64,000 nucleotides of DNA from Deltaproteobacteria bacterium (GTDB lineage: Bacteria > Bdellovibrionota > Bdellovibrionia > Bdellovibrionales > JAMPXM01): NCBI GenBank assembly GCA_017302795.1, contig JAFLCB010000003.1:26650-90649 (forward strand), in the 5' to 3' direction. Shown piece after piece: positions 25,901 through 35,092 of the stretch. The translations under genes were made by a program, and so were the position numbers. Position 1 is the first letter of the stretch, and every line of letters starts with the position of its first letter. The notes under the pieces are model-generated. The model had not been told where the DNA came from. It saw nothing but the letters and a program-made list of their open reading frames with translations, and ran no database searches.

Positions 25901-26974
25901 ATGCCTTCAGCCAATCGGTTTGGTGAAATATTTCAAGTGACAACTTTTGGCGAAAGCCACGGTCATGCGATCGGCTGTGTGATCGACGGTTGCCCAGCGG
26001 GTATTGCGATCTCAACAGAGCAAATTCAAAATGATCTCGACCGGCGACGACCCGGGAAAGCTTCTTGGACATCTGCACGACAAGAACCTGACAACGTGGA
26101 AATCCTATCGGGAGTCTTTCAAGGAAAGTCTTTGGGGACTCCGATTGCCGCGATCATCCGCAACGTCGACGCACGTTCTTCCGATTACAACGAGATTCAG
26201 GCAGCAGTTGAAACTGGCAGTAGTCCGGTTCGAGTGGGTCATGCCGATGATCTTTGGCGGGAAAAATTTGGGCATTCGGACGTGAGAGGCGGCGGAAGAG
26301 CCTCTGGGCGAGAGACGGCAACCCGAGTTTTAGCTGGTGCGATCGCAAAGCAATTGGTAGCGGCTTTGGCTGAAAATCTCAGGGTCATTAGTTTTTCCTC
26401 AGCCGTCGGCACCGAAAAGTTAGAGGCTTCCGAATACCAAGCCGTGCTGAAAAAGTTCGAAGCTGGAACTCTTGGCGCCGATTCGATCGATAAGATGGCC
26501 GCAAGATTTCCATCGGCGGCGAGGGAAAAGAATATCGAGGCCCTGCTTGTTGATGCCGTGAAATCAGGAAAAAGCTATGGCGGTGCTGCCGAAATTTTAA
26601 TTTCAGGAGTTCCCCGAGGGACAGGACAACCTGTTTTTCACAAACTGAAGTCGGATCTTCTAGGCGCTTACTTAAGTATTGGCGCAACTGCCGGCGCTGA
26701 ATTTGGAGCAGGCTTTTCGTCCTCCGACAAAGAAGGAACCCAGTTTCATCACGGAGAAAGCGTCGAACAGTACGGAGGAATTCGCGGTGGACTTGCCACC
26801 GGTGAACTCGTTTCCGCGAGAGTCGCGTTCAAACCAACTTCAACGGTAATGGACGCGGCCAAAAAAGGCCGCCACGATCCTTGTATAGTACCTCGCGCGA
26901 TCCCGGTGCTCGAGGCGATGACGTGGCTTGTATTAGCCGATCATCTTCTTTGGTCACGCCTCGATCGAGTCTAG
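25901..26974 (+). CDS. aroC: chorismate synthase
   Basis: FGEIFQVTTFGESHGHAIGCVIDGCPAG, GGGRASGRETATRV and the ...KPTST... motifs. 357 aa. Confidence 0.95.
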   Translation: MPSANRFGEIFQVTTFGESHGHAIGCVIDGCPAGIAISTEQIQNDLDRRRPGKASWTSARQEPDNVEILSGVFQGKSLGTPIAAIIRNVDARSSDYNEIQAAVETGSSPVRVGHADDLWREKFGHSDVRGGGRASGRETATRVLAGAIAKQLVAALAENLRVISFSSAVGTEKLEASEYQAVLKKFEAGTLGADSIDKMAARFPSAAREKNIEALLVDAVKSGKSYGGAAEILISGVPRGTGQPVFHKLKSDLLGAYLSIGATAGAEFGAGFSSSDKEGTQFHHGESVEQYGGIRGGLATGELVSARVAFKPTSTVMDAAKKGRHDPCIVPRAIPVLEAMTWLVLADHLLWSRLDRV

Positions 26975-26980
26975 CCCGGA

Positions 26981-27034
26981 GGTACCTCCTACATTTTGGT
27001 AGCGCGGGCGCGTTACCAAAATGTAGGAGGTACC
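26981..27034. repeat. palindromic intergenic repeat copy 3
   Basis: GGTACCTCCTACATTTTGGTAgcgcgggcgcgTTACCAAAATGTAGGAGGTACC sits between the convergent stops of aroC (26974) and menG/ubiE (27041). Confidence 0.9.
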
Positions 27035-27040
27035 TTTGGG

Positions 27041-27775
27041 TTAGTTTACGAGGCCGTTATAGATGTAGGCGATGCCAAAAGTGACGGGACGGTACTCAAT
27101 CGATTGAAATCGACCGGTAGATCTCATCAGCGCGACAAATTCTTCCCTACAGGGGAACCGCGAAGAAGAATTTTGCAAGTACTCGTAAGCTGACTTTTGC
27201 CCTGTAATGAGTCCCCCAAGGGCTGGAAGAACTTTTTCAGAATACAAGTTGTAGGCTTTTGCGATGACCGCTTGTTTGGGTTGGCCAAACTCTAGGACCA
27301 TCACTCGTCCACCAGGTTTAACAACACGAGCAAGCTCGGAAATTCCCTTTAGCGGATCGGATACGTTACGAATTCCAAAGGAAATGCTCGCGATATCGAA
27401 CGAGGAATCTGCAAACGGAAGATTCATGACGTCTGCTTGCGAGAAATTAATTTCAAAGCCCCGGCTGATGGCTTTTTGCGGTGCCGGTTTCAGCATTTCC
27501 TCGCAAAAATCTGTCCCTGTAACTTGACCCTTAGGTCCAACGATAGATTTGAATTCGATCGCCAGATCACCGGTACCGGTAGCGCAGTCCAAAATCTTGT
27601 CATCAGGTTTCGCGCCAGACCAATCGACCAATTCTTGGCGCCATAGATGGTGCACTCCGCCCGATAGGACGTTGTTGGCTAAATCGTACCGACCGGCGAT
27701 CTGGGAAAACATCGATCGAACTTTTTCCGCTTCAGGCCGGCCCGCAGTAGGAGAACTAGAGGTAGTTGAGTTCAT
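27041..27775 (-). CDS. ubiE: demethylmenaquinone/ubiquinone C-methyltransferase
   Basis: 244-aa class I SAM methyltransferase with the UbiE/MenG pattern: FSQIAGRYDLANNVLSGGVHHLWR, ILDCATGTGDLA, GRVMVLEFGQP. The ATG overlaps the upstream DAHP synthase stop by 4 nt. Confidence 0.92.
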   Translation of the reverse strand: MNSTTSSSPTAGRPEAEKVRSMFSQIAGRYDLANNVLSGGVHHLWRQELVDWSGAKPDDKILDCATGTGDLAIEFKSIVGPKGQVTGTDFCEEMLKPAPQKAISRGFEINFSQADVMNLPFADSSFDIASISFGIRNVSDPLKGISELARVVKPGGRVMVLEFGQPKQAVIAKAYNLYSEKVLPALGGLITGQKSAYEYLQNSSSRFPCREEFVALMRSTGRFQSIEYRPVTFGIAYIYNGLVN

Positions 27776-28674
27776 GCTCGCTCGGCTCCATGAGAAGAGG
27801 AAAAAAGATCTCTATTTGCAGATGTCAGCAGGGGGCGATCAATCGCGAGCCCAATTGCTTTTGCTCGCTCAACCAGCATTGAGAAATCATTGAAGTCGAG
27901 AGCCTGGAAACTATCTGACAAAGCCTTTTCAGGAACGGGGTGAACTTCGCAGATGATTCCATCTGCACCAGCAGCAAGACCCGCCAGGGCCATCGGTATC
28001 ACTAGTTCGCGTCTGCCCGTACCATGCGACGGATCGACAACGACAGCAAAATCCGTGTGAGCTTTGATCCACGCGACGGCGTTCAGATCGAGAGTGTTTC
28101 GAGTTGCCGTTTCAAAAGTTCGAATGCCGCGTTCGCAAAGAACAACTTGGTCGTTTCCGCCTTTAACGACGTACTCGGCCGCGTGAACCCATTCATCAAT
28201 TGTCGCCGCAAATGCTCGCTTCAGCATGACGGGGCGATTTGTGTGTCCGAGTTCTTTTAAAAGTTCATAGTTATACATATTGCGCGAACCGACTTGAAAC
28301 ATGTCGACGGAATCGAGCATCAGTTCCAGTTGTCGCGGGTCTGTGATCTCGCAAACCATTGGCAATCCAGCATCCGTTTTTACTTTGCCGAGAAAATCAA
28401 AAGCAGGGGTGCCGATTCCTTGAAAGCTATCTGGATTGGTGCGCATTTTAAATACGCCACCGCGCAAGAGAGTCGCTCCTTTTGATTTCACAGCTTCCGC
28501 TGTCAGACGAAGATGCGCTTCGTTTTCAATCGAACAGGGACCCGCGATGACAACGAGTCCATGTCCGCCGATCACAATTCTATTTTGATCACTGCCAACC
28601 GTGACAGCTTTAGTTTTCAATCGTTTTTGTTCGCTAGGTTTCAAGCTCATCTGTTCCGGCTTTCTGGCCCACAT
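27772..28674 (-). CDS. 3-deoxy-7-phosphoheptulonate (DAHP) synthase, type I-beta-like
   Basis: [13 protein letters not shown]...[20 protein letters not shown]...[10 protein letters not shown]...[10 protein letters not shown] resembles the AroA(G)/KdsA-related DAHPS subfamily. An alternative start is M9 at 28650. Confidence 0.85.
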   Translation of the reverse strand: MWARKPEQMSLKPSEQKRLKTKAVTVGSDQNRIVIGGHGLVVIAGPCSIENEAHLRLTAEAVKSKGATLLRGGVFKMRTNPDSFQGIGTPAFDFLGKVKTDAGLPMVCEITDPRQLELMLDSVDMFQVGSRNMYNYELLKELGHTNRPVMLKRAFAATIDEWVHAAEYVVKGGNDQVVLCERGIRTFETATRNTLDLNAVAWIKAHTDFAVVVDPSHGTGRRELVIPMALAGLAAGADGIICEVHPVPEKALSDSFQALDFNDFSMLVERAKAIGLAIDRPLLTSANRDLFSSSHGAERA

Positions 28675-28905
28675 TCTTAGCGTTCGAGGGGCAAGTCACG
28701 GACACGTAACATGCTCTTCTCGCTCAGTGTACCTCAAACGGTCGCAATACTCCCACGATCTTGTGGTTGTCTCAAAGAGGAAAACTTCACAAATCCTTGA
28801 ATTTCTAACCTCTTAGCCTATTCTTGATCTTCCCGAACCCTTGGAAGTTGATAATCGTTCCTCGGATGCAATTAACCGGAATTCACGCTAGAAAAACGAT
28901 CTTAT

Positions 28906-31764
28906 ATGGCACCTGTGTCCTTCGAGTTCCCGGTTCGAGAATGGCTAAACAACGGTTGGATCCTTGCGGTCAGTGATCAGCTTTTCTGGGTCGGCGGCAT
29001 GGGGCAACCGCAAGTGGGCAACGCTGCTGAGGTTTGGACGCCCGATTTTTTTGATGCCTCTCTCGACAAGCGCGAGCTTTCAAGTTGGTCAATGCAAATT
29101 GGTTTAGTCGCTCTCGAGACGGCCCTCGAGTTTGAGTTTAAAGATCAGACCTTAGCCAGAAGCCTGGTTTCCTGGAAAATCGACGACGCCGCCAAAGAGA
29201 CTTTCACTCAGGCGTTCGAATTGATCCGTTCAAGAATAGACGATAATCAGCCGCTGCTCAAAAAAGCAGTGCCATGGGTTTTCAGAGAAGGTCAGACGGC
29301 GACCAGTGGCAAAATTGAGTGGTTGGTCCAGCGAATCCGGTTTGGTCTTCGCTCGACGAGAGGTAGCAAAGCCCGCCTTTACGGCCGATGGAATTTGAGC
29401 AGAGGCTATCTCGGCTTGAGTCCCGAAGATTTTGTGAATGTCGATGGCGCTCGTCTGCAGACGATGGCAGTTGCCGGTACGAAGACGTTGGTCGGTGACT
29501 CGGATTCTGAAGTCGAGGTTTCGTCAAACGAGCTTCGCAGCGATCCTAAAGAACAATCTGAGCATCAGTATGTCGTGGACGATCTCGAGACGGTCCTGAA
29601 AAATCAGGCAGTAGTTCAAAATGTCGTCGTCGAATCGACCGAAGTTCGCCGCTTTCGTCGGCTTCTACATCTGGTTACTCCGATCAGTGCGCAGCTTTCT
29701 CCAGCCATTCACTCATCGAGCGACGCGATCTGGAAACTTGTCGAGGCGCTTCACCCTACACCTGCACTTGGCACCGCACCTCGCGATCCAAGTTTGGCAT
29801 TACTTCGCCGCATCGAAAATTTTCAGAACTTAGCTCGAAAGGGTTTTGGTGCGCCCTTTGCCGTCAAGATGGGGAATCGACTTGAGAGCGTTGTGGCGAT
29901 TCGCCAGTTTCGCTGGGAGAGTTCGCGAACGGATGTCGTTAAAATCGAAGTGGGTTCTGGTTGCGGAATTGTGAAGGGCAGTCGGCTTGAAAAAGAGTGG
30001 CTCGAACTTTCGTCCAAACGTTCGGCTGTGCTTCACGCGTTTGGTTTAAGTGCGGAGTCGCGCCGCCCTCTTGGCTGGTCGCTGGCAATACTTCGAAGTC
30101 TGATCGAAGCAGACGTTCGCCGCTTCGTTGTTTGTGCTGGTGCTCGCAATGCGCCGCTTGTGGCAGCGCTTGATACAATAGCGAAATTGAGCGCTGGTTT
30201 CGCGCCAAACTCCAAAATCGAAGTTGACTCGTTTTTTGAAGAACGTTCGGCAGCCTTTTTTGCGCTAGGGCTTGCTAAAGCCAGTGGCGCAGCTGTCGCA
30301 GTCGTTACGACTTCGGGTACGGCGGTCACGGAACTTTCCTCTGCGATGGCGGAAGCAGATTTTTCGGGTGTGCCTTTGATTGCACTTACGGCTGATCGCC
30401 CAAGAAGGCTTCGCTCCACGGGGGCGCCGCAGTCGATCGATCAGAACGGGATTTTCGCGCGGTTTTCTGATGCCTCGGTCGATCTCGAAGAAGGCGAAGC
30501 ATTGTCTCCCGGGGTGATCGCCGTGTCGCTTTCCCGCCGGCGGCCGATTCATATTAATCTTTGTTTCGAAGAACCGCTTTTAATAGATAGAGAATCACTG
30601 GTAGGACCGTCAGTGGATTTAGCTGTCAGTCTATCAGTAAACTTAGTTGGCGCTTCGGCAAAATCGGGCAATTCGGGAGAAATTAGCGCAAGCGAAGAGG
30701 ATGCATTCAGAGCTGCACTCAAGCGGCGCACGATCGGCGGTGGGGCCGCCATTGTGGGTTCACTCGATACAGATGAACGTGAACCAGTTGCTAAGTTTAT
30801 TTTGCGTCACCAGATTCCCTGCTTACTGGAAGCGACATCGGGCTTACGCGGGGATCCGAGGTTCTCGCTGCTTGAACTAAAAGCGGGCGACCGCGATTTA
30901 CAAACGTGGATTCGAACAAGTCGCTTGGCTCAGGTGTTTCGGTTTGGTGGAGTACCGACCACGCGGGTATGGCGCGATCTAGACGAACCGCTCACGTCGA
31001 CCCAGACGTACTCGGTCTCTAGATTGCGATTTGCAGGATTGGGTCGTGGTGAACATTTCTCCGCTGGATCACTCAATTGGATTTCGCGGCTACGAGCAAT
31101 TCTGAATGTTGAAAATCTCTCTTCGACGGAAAACGGAACGGAATCAGAAGCGCAGCTCCTGCTTCAGGACCAATTGAGCGTAACCAAACTGGATCAAGTT
31201 CTTGCGCTTGTTCCTGAAGCTGAACCAAACTTTGTCCGCGTTTTGTCAGAAATTATTCCACATACGGCACTTGTTTATGTCGGAAACAGTTTGCCGGTTC
31301 GGTGGTGGGACTGGGTCGCCAGTCGCAAACGTCCGATGGGGACTATCTTCGCAAATCGAGGGGTAAACGGAATCGACGGACAGATTTCGACCGCGCTTGG
31401 CGTTGCGGCGGGAAGTGGCTGTCGGGAGCTTTGGATCGTCGTCGGAGATCTAACTGCCCTCTACGATCTTTCGGGACTGTGGGCTGCCAAACTTTTAAGT
31501 GGGGCCAAGCTTCGAGTCGTGGTCATAAACAATTCTGGCGGCCAGATTTTCCGCGAAGTTCTTAAATCGGCCCCCTGCGGGGCTGCGCCATTTGTAAATT
31601 CACATTCTTTAAAATTTAAAAACTGGGCCGCGATGTGGGGATTTTCCTACGAACACTGCTCCGATACTGCTCGCCTAAGTCACCTGTCTTTTCCCGATCG
31701 TGTGGTTCTTGAGATAGAGCCAGATCCCGAAGCAACCGAAAAGTTTTGGAGAACAATCGAATGA
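28906..31764 (+). CDS. bifunctional isochorismate synthase (MenF) / SEPHCHC synthase (MenD) fusion
   Basis: Single 952-aa ORF. The N-terminal ~385 aa carry chorismate-utilising enzyme motifs (LHPTPALGTAPRD, RKGFGAPFAV, EVGSGCGIVKGSRLEKEWLEL). The remainder is a ThDP-dependent MenD (VVCAGARNAPLVAAL, FFEERSAAFFALGLAKASG, TTSGTAVTELSSAMAEADFSGVPLIALTADRP, GVNGIDGQISTALG, VVGDLTALYD). Confidence 0.85.
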   Translation: MAPVSFEFPVREWLNNGWILAVSDQLFWVGGMGQPQVGNAAEVWTPDFFDASLDKRELSSWSMQIGLVALETALEFEFKDQTLARSLVSWKIDDAAKETFTQAFELIRSRIDDNQPLLKKAVPWVFREGQTATSGKIEWLVQRIRFGLRSTRGSKARLYGRWNLSRGYLGLSPEDFVNVDGARLQTMAVAGTKTLVGDSDSEVEVSSNELRSDPKEQSEHQYVVDDLETVLKNQAVVQNVVVESTEVRRFRRLLHLVTPISAQLSPAIHSSSDAIWKLVEALHPTPALGTAPRDPSLALLRRIENFQNLARKGFGAPFAVKMGNRLESVVAIRQFRWESSRTDVVKIEVGSGCGIVKGSRLEKEWLELSSKRSAVLHAFGLSAESRRPLGWSLAILRSLIEADVRRFVVCAGARNAPLVAALDTIAKLSAGFAPNSKIEVDSFFEERSAAFFALGLAKASGAAVAVVTTSGTAVTELSSAMAEADFSGVPLIALTADRPRRLRSTGAPQSIDQNGIFARFSDASVDLEEGEALSPGVIAVSLSRRRPIHINLCFEEPLLIDRESLVGPSVDLAVSLSVNLVGASAKSGNSGEISASEEDAFRAALKRRTIGGGAAIVGSLDTDEREPVAKFILRHQIPCLLEATSGLRGDPRFSLLELKAGDRDLQTWIRTSRLAQVFRFGGVPTTRVWRDLDEPLTSTQTYSVSRLRFAGLGRGEHFSAGSLNWISRLRAILNVENLSSTENGTESEAQLLLQDQLSVTKLDQVLALVPEAEPNFVRVLSEIIPHTALVYVGNSLPVRWWDWVASRKRPMGTIFANRGVNGIDGQISTALGVAAGSGCRELWIVVGDLTALYDLSGLWAAKLLSGAKLRVVVINNSGGQIFREVLKSAPCGAAPFVNSHSLKFKNWAAMWGFSYEHCSDTARLSHLSFPDRVVLEIEPDPEATEKFWRTIE

Positions 31765-32534
31765 TTTTGATTGGACTTCACGGTTTTTTTGGAATCCCAA
31801 GTGACTGGAAAAAAATCGGTGAGCTCTTAAAGCTAGATATTGTCACTCCTGATTTATCCATTTGGGCAACGAGGGCCGAGGTGACCGATCTCCAGTCTTT
31901 TGCTAAATCGATGAATCGCTCGGTCCAAATTTTAAGTGAAGAGCGGCATGAACCAGTTGCGATCATGGGTTATTCCATGGGTGCGAGGCTTGCGTCGGCT
32001 TGTGTATTGGCTGCGCCCGAACTTTATAAGGCGGCACTTTTTGTTTCGATGAATCCCGGCCTTTCTGACGCTGATTTAGCGGCGCGCGACACCCGTGCGA
32101 AGTTTGATCAGCTATGGGCCGCCCGAATGCGTTTAGATCCTTGGCAAGAAACTTGGCAGAGATGGAACGATCAAGAAGTATTGAAGCCGGGATCTAGGAC
32201 GGTATTGAAGTCGGCCGATGTGACGAGGCTTTCTGAAATTTCCAGGACTCTGGAGGGTCGGCGTGAGGCGTGGGCTCGTGCGATGGAAATCTGGTCGTTA
32301 GCGAAGCAGCCGGATTACAGAAAGACACTCATTGAATGGGCGCAGTCTGGGCATCCTACAACGGTGATGACTGGGACTGAAGACGTGAAGTTCACGGAAT
32401 TGACAACTGCTTGGCTGAACAATTCGTCTGATTCGATCAGACATCGGTTGTCTTTTAGCTCTGGGCACCGGGTGTTAACGGAAGCTCCAGAGGACGTAGC
32501 GTCCGAAATTTCAACACTTCTCAGGGGTCTATAA
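31761..32534 (+). CDS. menH: alpha/beta hydrolase, probable SHCHC synthase
   Basis: MILIGLHGFFG..., nucleophile elbow GYSMGARLA, and position directly after menD. ATG 31761 forms an ATGA overlap with the menD stop. The ORF track starts at TTG 31746. Confidence 0.75.
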   Translation: MILIGLHGFFGIPSDWKKIGELLKLDIVTPDLSIWATRAEVTDLQSFAKSMNRSVQILSEERHEPVAIMGYSMGARLASACVLAAPELYKAALFVSMNPGLSDADLAARDTRAKFDQLWAARMRLDPWQETWQRWNDQEVLKPGSRTVLKSADVTRLSEISRTLEGRREAWARAMEIWSLAKQPDYRKTLIEWAQSGHPTTVMTGTEDVKFTELTTAWLNNSSDSIRHRLSFSSGHRVLTEAPEDVASEISTLLRGL

Positions 32535-32574
32535 ACCTGTTACTCATTTGATCACATAAATTGCCGGAGGCTTC

Positions 32575-33522
32575 ATGACTGCTCGTCGCCAATCGAAAAA
32601 GGCTTCACCTAAAATTCTTGCTGCATCACCCAAGGCTTCAACGAAGGCTTCACCAAAAGCTGATCCGCGCAAGTCGACAATCAAGTCTGCAGCAAAATGG
32701 ACGGCGATGAAACCGAGTCGCTTTAAGAAGTACTCGGATATTCGCCTTGAAACGGACGGCGAAGGTATCGCCAAGATCACCATTGACCGACCAGAGGTTC
32801 GCAATGCGTTTCGTCCTCAGACTGTTAAAGAGATGTTGGATGCCATGGATGTTGCGCGCGATGATGCCAGCATCGGAGTCATCATTTTAACCGGTCAAGG
32901 CGACATGGCGTTTTGTTCGGGAGGCGATCAGCGCGTTCGAGGCGAGGGAGGCTATGTCGGCGGTGACGGTGTTCCCCGATTGAACATTCTCGATATGCAG
33001 AAAGCTATTCGCTCTTGCCCCAAACCTGTCGTCGCCATGATTGCAGGCTATGCGATTGGCGGGGGCCACGTGTTGCACGTCGTTTGCGATCTTTCGATTG
33101 CGGCTGATAATGCGCGTTTTGGTCAGACAGGACCCAAGGTCGGTTCTTTTGATGGTGGGCTTGGCTCATCGTACCTTTCGCGAATTGTCGGGCAAAAGAA
33201 GGCACGCGAAATTTGGTTTCTCTGCCGTCAGTACGACGCAAAACAAGCGATGGACATGGGCCTCGTGAACACCGTTGTACCTCTCAAAGACCTTGAAGTT
33301 GAAACGGTTCAATGGTGCCGAGAAATGTTGGAGCTTTCTCCTATGGCACTTCGTTTCTTAAAAGCAGCCCACAACGCGGATTGCGATGGTCAAATTGGTC
33401 TTCTAGATTTCGCAGGCAATGCGACCTTGCTTTACTACCTGAGCGAGGAAGGTTCGGAAGGTAAAAACGCGTATCTTGAAAAGCGTCGTCCTGACTTTTC
33501 GAAGTTCCCACGTCTGCCGTGA
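32575..33522 (+). CDS. menB: 1,4-dihydroxy-2-naphthoyl-CoA synthase with basic N-terminal extension
   Basis: Crotonase-fold MenB core: [85 protein letters not shown] lies 4 nt upstream of ATG 32575. The first ~44 aa are an ASPK-rich extension, and an internal alternative start is at 32707. Confidence 0.93.
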   Translation: MTARRQSKKASPKILAASPKASTKASPKADPRKSTIKSAAKWTAMKPSRFKKYSDIRLETDGEGIAKITIDRPEVRNAFRPQTVKEMLDAMDVARDDASIGVIILTGQGDMAFCSGGDQRVRGEGGYVGGDGVPRLNILDMQKAIRSCPKPVVAMIAGYAIGGGHVLHVVCDLSIAADNARFGQTGPKVGSFDGGLGSSYLSRIVGQKKAREIWFLCRQYDAKQAMDMGLVNTVVPLKDLEVETVQWCREMLELSPMALRFLKAAHNADCDGQIGLLDFAGNATLLYYLSEEGSEGKNAYLEKRRPDFSKFPRLP

Positions 33523-33531
33523 TGAAGCTCG

Positions 33532-34098
33532 CTAGCGTTTTCGGTAGCTGACAGTGACGTTGGCGACGCGAACCCCGAACTTTGTCATCGTCGTGCGACT
33601 GAGAAGGGTTTTTTCGTCGATCATGTGCATCCAGTCCTCGACATCGAATTCATAAATCTTCTTGTCGGCGCCTGTGCCGATTGGAACCTTGACGGTATAG
33701 AGCATCTGGAAGGTGTTACCTGAAACTTCGGTTGAAGCTTTGCCAACGACGTCGCCCATGATGCCTTCATACTTACCTTCGGCGGTCTTGGTGAGGGTCC
33801 AAGTTTTCGATTCTTTTTCGCCATCAGACCATTGAAGTTCTTCGTTCAGCGTCCCAACCGGTCCGTTCCAGCTAGCGTTCATGACCATTGTAAATCGACG
33901 AACTACTTTTCCCGATCTGTCGTGAACCATGCCGTGAACGTCGAGGGTGCCGTTGAAAAATGACTCAAGGGAAAGCTTTGGAAGCTCAGAAGCATAGTCT
34001 TTAGGTTGAATGGACGAGCAGCCAGCAAGGTGAAACGAACCGAGCAAGAAGCAAACGCTAGCGAAGAAACGGAAAATAGCATGAGTTTTATTTTTCAT
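33532..34098 (-). CDS. lipoprotein, possibly DUF3833-like
   Basis: From ATG 34098 the N-terminus MKNKTHAIFRFFASVCFLLGSFHLAGCSS carries a lipobox (LAGC). The mature ~165-aa beta-rich domain is FFNGTLDVHGMVHDRSGKVVRRF.... The family assignment is from memory only. Confidence 0.6.
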   Translation of the reverse strand: MKNKTHAIFRFFASVCFLLGSFHLAGCSSIQPKDYASELPKLSLESFFNGTLDVHGMVHDRSGKVVRRFTMVMNASWNGPVGTLNEELQWSDGEKESKTWTLTKTAEGKYEGIMGDVVGKASTEVSGNTFQMLYTVKVPIGTGADKKIYEFDVEDWMHMIDEKTLLSRTTMTKFGVRVANVTVSYRKR

Positions 34099-34265
34099 GT
34101 GATCACTTTCATCAGGAACCAAGAATCAATTCAATTTATTTTCACCATCTCAGGGAGACCAGGTATTATACAGTCATGACACTCGACGTACTGCGGGCAG
34201 ATTTCTTTTTTTCGTTCGCGTCGTCTGAAATTTTGAGGCTTTGTTCAGATTCTGGCGAAATGGAA

Positions 34266-34290
34266 CTAGGCCTTCCTTCGGAAGGCCTAG
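34266..34290. terminator. strong GC-rich hairpin between two minus-strand genes
   Basis: CTAGGCCTTCC-ttc-GGAAGGCCTAG has an 11-bp perfect stem. It lies ~100 nt downstream of the 34391-35092 gene. There is no clear U-tract, so terminator function is tentative. Confidence 0.3.
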
Positions 34291-34390
34291 CATGGCGTCG
34301 ACGGCTACAAAACTCCCGCGTAAACATCGAAAACATTCCATCCGCGCGACATTCTGTCTTCCGCGGTTCGACTCGACCATTTTTCTAGCT

Positions 34391-35092
34391 TCATGGGGAC
34401 GAATAACTGAGAGATTTAATCTTTACTTCAAATTTGGACTTCGAATCATCGCCATCAATGCTCAGCCATATACCGGCCGCGGGAATCGGGGAAGTGAACT
34501 TCTTCGAAATCGACACTGAAACTGGTTTGGCCGGTGAGTCAGTGGATCCAACCGTCGGCCCTGCGGGGATTGGAGCCAGGAACATATATTCTTCGTGCAT
34601 GAACTTACTTTTTGGATGCTGTCGTGATTTTCCAATCAGTTCCTTTCGCGAGGTCACCGAATAGAAATAAATTTTATCTAGCCCGTGGCCCTTCGGCGCA
34701 AGCGCAAACATCCGCTTCACCCACTCGGGTGCAAACAAAGAACCCATTGTTCCTAGTTTCTCCGGTCCCTCTGCGACAAGTCCAACCCGTAGAAGCGAGT
34801 CCTCTTCAAACTCTTTCCAACTTTCGAGTCGGTTCAAGTTACCAGTGATTTCGACCTCGGCTGCGATTCCGTCAACCGGCGTGATTTTGCCAAAACCGTG
34901 GATCAGCGGGCTAGCCGATCCATTAACTTTTACGAGTGTTCCGGTCTCGCTTCGCTCGATCACATTCGGCGTGATCTTACCAAACTTCAACTCCAACCAG
35001 CCATCTGAGGTTCCCATGGGGATTGCGATCATCGCCATTGCAAAACGCGTCGATAACTTTGCATTGGTAGAAGTCGAGACTTTCGCCATCAT
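34391..35092 (-). CDS. hypothetical protein
   Basis: 233-aa ORF with a 4-nt overlap with the upstream OsmC-like gene. I recognise no motif. Confidence 0.6.
   Translation of the reverse strand: MMAKVSTSTNAKLSTRFAMAMIAIPMGTSDGWLELKFGKITPNVIERSETGTLVKVNGSASPLIHGFGKITPVDGIAAEVEITGNLNRLESWKEFEEDSLLRVGLVAEGPEKLGTMGSLFAPEWVKRMFALAPKGHGLDKIYFYSVTSRKELIGKSRQHPKSKFMHEEYMFLAPIPAGPTVGSTDSPAKPVSVSISKKFTSPIPAAGIWLSIDGDDSKSKFEVKIKSLSYSSP

Noticed and set aside
26996-27193. ORF-track ORFs that read through the palindromic repeats (this one, plus 7883-8185 -, 43256-43456 - and 45020-45412 +). They give recurring peptides such as RYQNVGGT.
   Set aside because: The shared peptide is simply the translation of the repeated palindrome. 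These ORFs have no RBS, overlap well-supported genes or their ends, and their similarity stops at the repeat borders.
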